Below, one piece after another: positions 23,136-27,349 of a stretch of DNA of 27,349 bases. The number at the start of each line of letters is the position of its first letter. The first letter of the stretch is position 1. Source of the stretch: a virus (Duplodnaviria; Caudoviricetes); IMG/VR virus record IMGVR_UViG_3300033417_000044, positions 1 to 27,349 of that record, one strand, 5' to 3'. A program made the position numbers and the translations under genes. The notes beneath the pieces are model-generated. The model saw only the letters and a list, made by a program, of their open reading frames with translations. It had not been told where the DNA came from and did not search any database.

Positions 23136-23729
23136 ATGAAGAAGTTCCTCATCGGCCTCTTGGCGGTTACGGCGCTGGCCCTGCTTGCGGGGCCGGCGTC
23201 CGCCGCCAAGCTGCTGCGCCAAAACAACGACGGCACTGCGTCCTGGTGCGACAACGTGAGCGGCGAGTGCGTGCCTACGGGCGAGCACACGTTCACGGTG
23301 ACGATCTCCGATATCGCCACGGCCGCGACGCAATACGTGACCATCCCGTTCGCGGGGCGGGTCAAGAGCTACAGCGTGACGGTCGGTGGTCAAATCCTGA
23401 CCGCGACCGAGGTTATCACGTTCTACATCGCCGAGATGGCGAGCAGCGGATGCGTGTTGCAGCTCGGCTGCGGCGCTACCACCCAACAGTTCACGCCGAT
23501 CACGCCGGTTATCGCCCAAGCGGCAACGGGTCTGTACGAGCTTCAGCTCGGTATCGCCTACGCCGTGACCGGACAGCGGTCGCATGTGGACATCCCATAC
23601 AGCAGCGCCAACACGTCGCCGACCTTCGGCGCGAACGCTGTGATCGCGATCAACAACGACGGCGGCTCCACTATCGCCGGTCCGAACGACTGGGAAGATG
23701 AAGCCGTCGTAACGATCATCGTCCATTGA
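23136..23729 (+). CDS. Head decoration-like protein with N-terminal Sec signal peptide
   Basis: GGGAGG RBS. MKKFLIGLLAVTALALLAGPASA signal. TISDIATAATQYVTIPFAGRV resembles post-capsid decoration proteins (from recall). Confidence 0.7.
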   Translation: MKKFLIGLLAVTALALLAGPASAAKLLRQNNDGTASWCDNVSGECVPTGEHTFTVTISDIATAATQYVTIPFAGRVKSYSVTVGGQILTATEVITFYIAEMASSGCVLQLGCGATTQQFTPITPVIAQAATGLYELQLGIAYAVTGQRSHVDIPYSSANTSPTFGANAVIAINNDGGSTIAGPNDWEDEAVVTIIVH

Positions 23730-25417
23730 CGAAGGTCATACCATACCTCGCCTGGTGGGGCGGCGGCACACTCCTCGCCGCCGCCCTACTGGCATTTGAT
23801 CCCAACATCTCGGCGATGGCGCCGCGGTGGCTGGCCGTATTCGGCCTTGCCTTGGCAGCCCTCGCCGCATTGGCGATCACCGGCCGGCCGAGGCTCGGCT
23901 GGATCGAGATTGCCGCAGTGGCGTTCCTTGGCTGGGCGGCCCTGTCCATTGCGTGGTCCGGCGACTGGCGGGCCGGCATCTTCCAGTGGCAGAATATGGC
24001 GTGCCTGTTCGCCATCGCGCTGATGGTGAAGCACTGCCCGGCGTTCGACCGCGTGTTCTACCGGGCGGTCATGATCGGGGCGGTCGGGCTTCTCGCGCTC
24101 GCCTGGTGGAGGCCGGACTGGCACGCCGGGGTCGGCAACCCGAACTTCCTGGCCGAGCTTCTGGTCCTGCTGTTCGCATTCCTGGTGTTCATGCCGGCGC
24201 ATGACACGTCCAGGCTGATGCACTGGCTGCTGGTCCCGATCCTGCCGGCCATCGCGCTGTACCTGTTCATCTGGAACCCGTCCAACGTGCAGCACGCGGC
24301 GATCGCGGGCTGGATCGGCATCGGGCTCGTCGGGCTCGCCAAGGCGCGGCAGTGGCGCCTGCTCGGCGTGCTGATCGCGGTTCTTGCGGTAGTCGGTATC
24401 GGTATGTGGCACGCCGGCTGGCTTGGCGATATCGAGACATCGCTGATGCGCCGGGCGGAAATCTGGATCAACACCTTGGCGATGATCGCCGGCCATCCCC
24501 TGTTCGGTGTCGGGCTGGGCTCGTTCGATTACGACTACCCGCGGGCGGCGCACCTCGGCGTCATGGGCGGGACGTTTCTCGAAAACCCGACCGATTTCAT
24601 GGGCGCGGTCCACAACGAGTATCTTCAGCTCATCGTCGAGCTGGGCCTTGTCGGGGCAGCGCTGGCCGGGCTGGTGGGCTGGCTGTGCGCCCGCGCCCGC
24701 TGGACGGTGTGGAAGCCGCGCGCCTGCGGGGCCGGCGTACTGCTGACGGCAGCCGCCATCGCCCTGTTTGGCTTCCCGGCGCAGAACCCATCGACCGGCG
24801 TTCTCATAGCGATTGCCGCCGGCCTGTTCGCCCGCGGCCTGGATGCCAGGGTGGCAGTCCCGTTCGCGAACCTCGCCGGGCTCGGCTTGGTGCCGCTGGC
24901 CGTGAGCATGTACCTGTTCGCGATCAGCTCGGTGCAGACGGCGCTCGTGCCGCGATGGATTCCGGTCGAGCCGGTCATCGCCCTCCAAGCGAACCTCGAC
25001 GCAATCAGGACGTACCCATTCCCGGTCTGGCCGCGGTTGCAGGCCGTGCTCTCGCTCCGCTCGGTCATCGCGCGGCATGGCGACCGGGTACGGCTACAAC
25101 CGGATGCGGCCGACCGGATTCATTGGTGGGGCATGACCGCCGGGCCGAACCATCCCGGCATCCTGATCTCGCGGGTCGAGTATCTGCTGGCCTACGACCG
25201 CTGGATGGCTGATGGCGAGATCGAGCAGTTGTTCGACAAGCTGCACAAGGTGGCGCCGATGTACGCGCACGGCTACGCGCTCGAAAGCGTGTACGCCGGG
25301 CTGATCAACGACGAGGAACGGATCAAGAGGTCGGTCCTTGCCGCAGTCGCGCTGCCCGGCGGGCTGGGCATCTTCCAGCAAATGGGGCTGCTAAGGACAA
25401 CGGAGACAGCACAATGA
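23726..25417 (+). CDS. O-antigen ligase / O-oligosaccharyltransferase family (Wzy_C) membrane protein
   Basis: Many TM helices. GNPNFLA, RAEIW...HPLFGVGLGSF and HNEYLQLIVELGLVG motifs. Soluble helical C-terminus. Confidence 0.9.
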   Translation: MTKVIPYLAWWGGGTLLAAALLAFDPNISAMAPRWLAVFGLALAALAALAITGRPRLGWIEIAAVAFLGWAALSIAWSGDWRAGIFQWQNMACLFAIALMVKHCPAFDRVFYRAVMIGAVGLLALAWWRPDWHAGVGNPNFLAELLVLLFAFLVFMPAHDTSRLMHWLLVPILPAIALYLFIWNPSNVQHAAIAGWIGIGLVGLAKARQWRLLGVLIAVLAVVGIGMWHAGWLGDIETSLMRRAEIWINTLAMIAGHPLFGVGLGSFDYDYPRAAHLGVMGGTFLENPTDFMGAVHNEYLQLIVELGLVGAALAGLVGWLCARARWTVWKPRACGAGVLLTAAAIALFGFPAQNPSTGVLIAIAAGLFARGLDARVAVPFANLAGLGLVPLAVSMYLFAISSVQTALVPRWIPVEPVIALQANLDAIRTYPFPVWPRLQAVLSLRSVIARHGDRVRLQPDAADRIHWWGMTAGPNHPGILISRVEYLLAYDRWMADGEIEQLFDKLHKVAPMYAHGYALESVYAGLINDEERIKRSVLAAVALPGGLGIFQQMGLLRTTETAQ

Positions 25418-25824
25418 AGAAGATCATCGCAGCCGCGCTTCTGGCGATGCTGGCGGGCTCTGCGGCGGCCCAGGACATCTACCGCCCGGCCTATGGGCCG
25501 CTGGGGTCGTTGCTCGGCACCGACGGGCTCAGTTTCCACGCCACGCAACCTGCCTTCACGGTAGGAACGCCTGTCGTGACCGGGGCGACGATTGCCCAGT
25601 TCGTCGATGCCATCCGGGTCATGTGCTCAGCATCGTGCTTTGTCGCGCTATCAGCCACCAACTTCACGTCGGGGGAATCGGCGACGTGGACCGTCAACGC
25701 CGCGTCGGGCCTAGTGCTCCCGGCCAACGTCCCGGAGTACTTCCTGACGAACGGGGGGGAGTATGTCGTGGTGGTCGGGGTGTCTGCCAGCGGCACCGTT
25801 TACCTTCGCACGATGACACGCTGA
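25414..25824 (+). CDS. Beta-rich virion-type protein with Sec signal peptide
   Basis: MKKIIAAALLAMLAGSAAA-Q signal. IRV...CFV...LPANVPEYF...GE motif recalled from genes downstream of this capsid type. Confidence 0.7.
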   Translation: MKKIIAAALLAMLAGSAAAQDIYRPAYGPLGSLLGTDGLSFHATQPAFTVGTPVVTGATIAQFVDAIRVMCSASCFVALSATNFTSGESATWTVNAASGLVLPANVPEYFLTNGGEYVVVVGVSASGTVYLRTMTR

Positions 25825-26174
25825 TGTCGTTCAAGATTACAGATCGCCGCAGTGGGTACGTCGAAACCATCGAGTTCGACGAGAGCGAGGATCGCTACGT
25901 GTTCGGCCGGCATGAGAACGTGCAACCGTTGCTCGACCATCTCGGCGACCGCAATAGCGACCACACTGGCGGGTTCTCGCCATCGCGCAATGCGCGGCTG
26001 AAAGCGTCGATCCCGCCCTCGCTCTACGATAGCTGGCTGTGCGAAGCGATGCAGCAAGGCATCCCGCTCTATGAACGGGCGGAACGCGACGCCTTTCTCA
26101 AGCGCAAGCTCGTCGAGATGGACAGGTTGAAGGTTTCGGCACGGGCGCAGGGGCGGATTGGCTACGGGGATTGA
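25824..26174 (+). CDS. Phage protein between capsid and adaptor genes
   Basis: TGATG coupling. ENVQPLLD...KASIP...W motif. Confidence 0.75.
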   Translation: MSFKITDRRSGYVETIEFDESEDRYVFGRHENVQPLLDHLGDRNSDHTGGFSPSRNARLKASIPPSLYDSWLCEAMQQGIPLYERAERDAFLKRKLVEMDRLKVSARAQGRIGYGD

Positions 26175-26177
26175 CCA

Positions 26178-26828
26178 ATGGCGATAACGACGCTCGCGGA
26201 ACTCCGGACGGCGGTCGGGAATTGGTTGGTAACGTCCTATGCGTCGGCCAGGATTGACGAGTGGGTGGCGCTCGCCGAAGGCGAGTTGCACGGCAAGATC
26301 ATGCGGCGCGGCGGTATCCGAGACATGGAGGCGACTGCCGATCTGTCGCTGACGGCCGATGACCGTGATGTTGACCTGCCGACGCGCTACCGGGGAATGC
26401 GACGGCTGTATCTCGACGGCAGCCCGGTCAGGAAGCTCAATTTCGTACCGCCGATAACGTACTGGGAGACGTACCTTTCGACTGAGACTTCCAAGCCTGT
26501 AGCCTTCACGATCGAGGGCGACTCGATCCTGTTCGGCCCGATCCCTGACGCTACGTACACGGGCAAGATTCTTTTCTATCAAGGGTTCGCGCCGCTCACG
26601 GACGCCGCACCGACGAACGATCTGCTGACCAACAATCCGCAGCTCTACTTGACCGCGACGTTAAAATGGGCGTGGACGTACAAGGCCACGACGCAGCCGG
26701 AAGGCACGACGTGGGATGCGCTGATGCGCGACCTGATCGACGACATGATCGTCGCCAACAACATGGACCGCTTCTCCGGCGACGTGCTCGAAATCCGGCC
26801 TGATACCGCGATATCGCCGCAGTTCTGA
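26178..26828 (+). CDS. Head-tail adaptor protein
   Basis: MAITTLAELRTAVGNWL, LAEGEL, FGPIPDATY and TNDLLTNNPQLYL motifs, plus gene position. Confidence 0.82.
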   Translation: MAITTLAELRTAVGNWLVTSYASARIDEWVALAEGELHGKIMRRGGIRDMEATADLSLTADDRDVDLPTRYRGMRRLYLDGSPVRKLNFVPPITYWETYLSTETSKPVAFTIEGDSILFGPIPDATYTGKILFYQGFAPLTDAAPTNDLLTNNPQLYLTATLKWAWTYKATTQPEGTTWDALMRDLIDDMIVANNMDRFSGDVLEIRPDTAISPQF

Positions 26829-27349
26829 TGCCTGATCTGACGCCAGTCCTATTCGGCGAGTGGCTGCCCGATCAAGGGCTGGTCGGCAATCCGGGCAGTG
26901 CGGAGATCAAGAACTGCATCCCGACGCCGAGCGGCTATCGGCCGATGCCAGGGCGGATTTTGCGGTCGCTTACGGACGCCGGCGCGATCAGCGGTCTCGA
27001 TGCACGATGCCAAGGAGCAATCACCTTTCATAACGCTGAGGGGGACTGGGCGCAGGTCGGTAACGGCCTGACCATCACTGGCGCCGGAGACCCGGCTCTC
27101 GCCGCGCTCAGCTCTACCCGCGTCGCATTCTTTGATCTCACACTTGACTCTCTCCGCACTTACGACTTCGACGGCACGGACTGGGCACAGGTCGGCAATG
27201 GCCTGACCATCACCACCGTCGGCAAGCCGGCTCTCGGCGCGCTCAGCTCTACCCGTGTCGCATACATGGATGACGCGCTTGAGTCTCTTCGCACTTACGA
27301 TTTCGACGGCACGGATTGGGCACAGGTCGGTAACGGCCTGACCATCACT
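26828..27349 (+). CDS. Tail nozzle/stabilisation-like protein, partial
   Basis: TGATG coupling. FGEWLPDQ...NCIP...GYRPMP N-terminus. Frame stays open to the window end. Confidence 0.7.
   Translation, partial: MPDLTPVLFGEWLPDQGLVGNPGSAEIKNCIPTPSGYRPMPGRILRSLTDAGAISGLDARCQGAITFHNAEGDWAQVGNGLTITGAGDPALAALSSTRVAFFDLTLDSLRTYDFDGTDWAQVGNGLTITTVGKPALGALSSTRVAYMDDALESLRTYDFDGTDWAQVGNGLTIT
27044..27349 (+). repeat. 135-bp (45-aa) in-frame tandem repeat
   Basis: Units start at 27044, 27179 and 27314: DWAQVGNGLTIT...PAL.ALSSTRVA..D..L.SLRTYDFDGT. Confidence 0.9.

Noticed and set aside
5319-25078. Long minus-strand and alternate-frame ORFs (e.g. 5319-6578, 10256-11233, 22626-23726, 23786-25078, 19361-20602)
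   Set aside because: They are shadows of GC-rich + strand genes and have no recognisable motifs.
15880-27349. CRISPR array or diversity-generating retroelement in the repeat regions
   Set aside because: The repeats are in-frame coding units without spacers. There is no cas or reverse transcriptase gene and no adenine-specific variation.

Overview
This window is the packaging and morphogenesis region of a GC-rich tailed phage or prophage, probably podovirus-like with a P22/SU10-type portal and head. A diderm host, possibly alphaproteobacterial, is an inference. All credible genes are on the + strand. The core order is terS (66), terL (5601), portal (9515), scaffold (20080), major capsid protein (21172), head-tail adaptor (26178) and a tail nozzle-like gene (26828, cut off by the window end). 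Many accessory genes sit between them. The capsid gene is split by a ~1 kb group I intron carrying a LAGLIDADG homing endonuclease. Its 3' splice site is anomalous: one G is needed both as the intron's terminal G and as the first exon base, and the endonuclease ORF runs in frame into capsid exon 2. Downstream, an O-antigen ligase/O-oligosaccharyltransferase-family gene is translationally coupled between two virion-type genes that carry Sec signal peptides. A GT4 glycosyltransferase is coupled to a Ser-Asp heptad-repeat fibre protein. Together these suggest a virion-protein glycosylation system. Also seen are a tRNA-like structured RNA on the minus strand (~17943-18109), a repeated promoter-like motif, three HiPIP-like Cys4 paralogs and an RNA ligase remnant. 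Family assignments come from motif recognition only; no searches were run.
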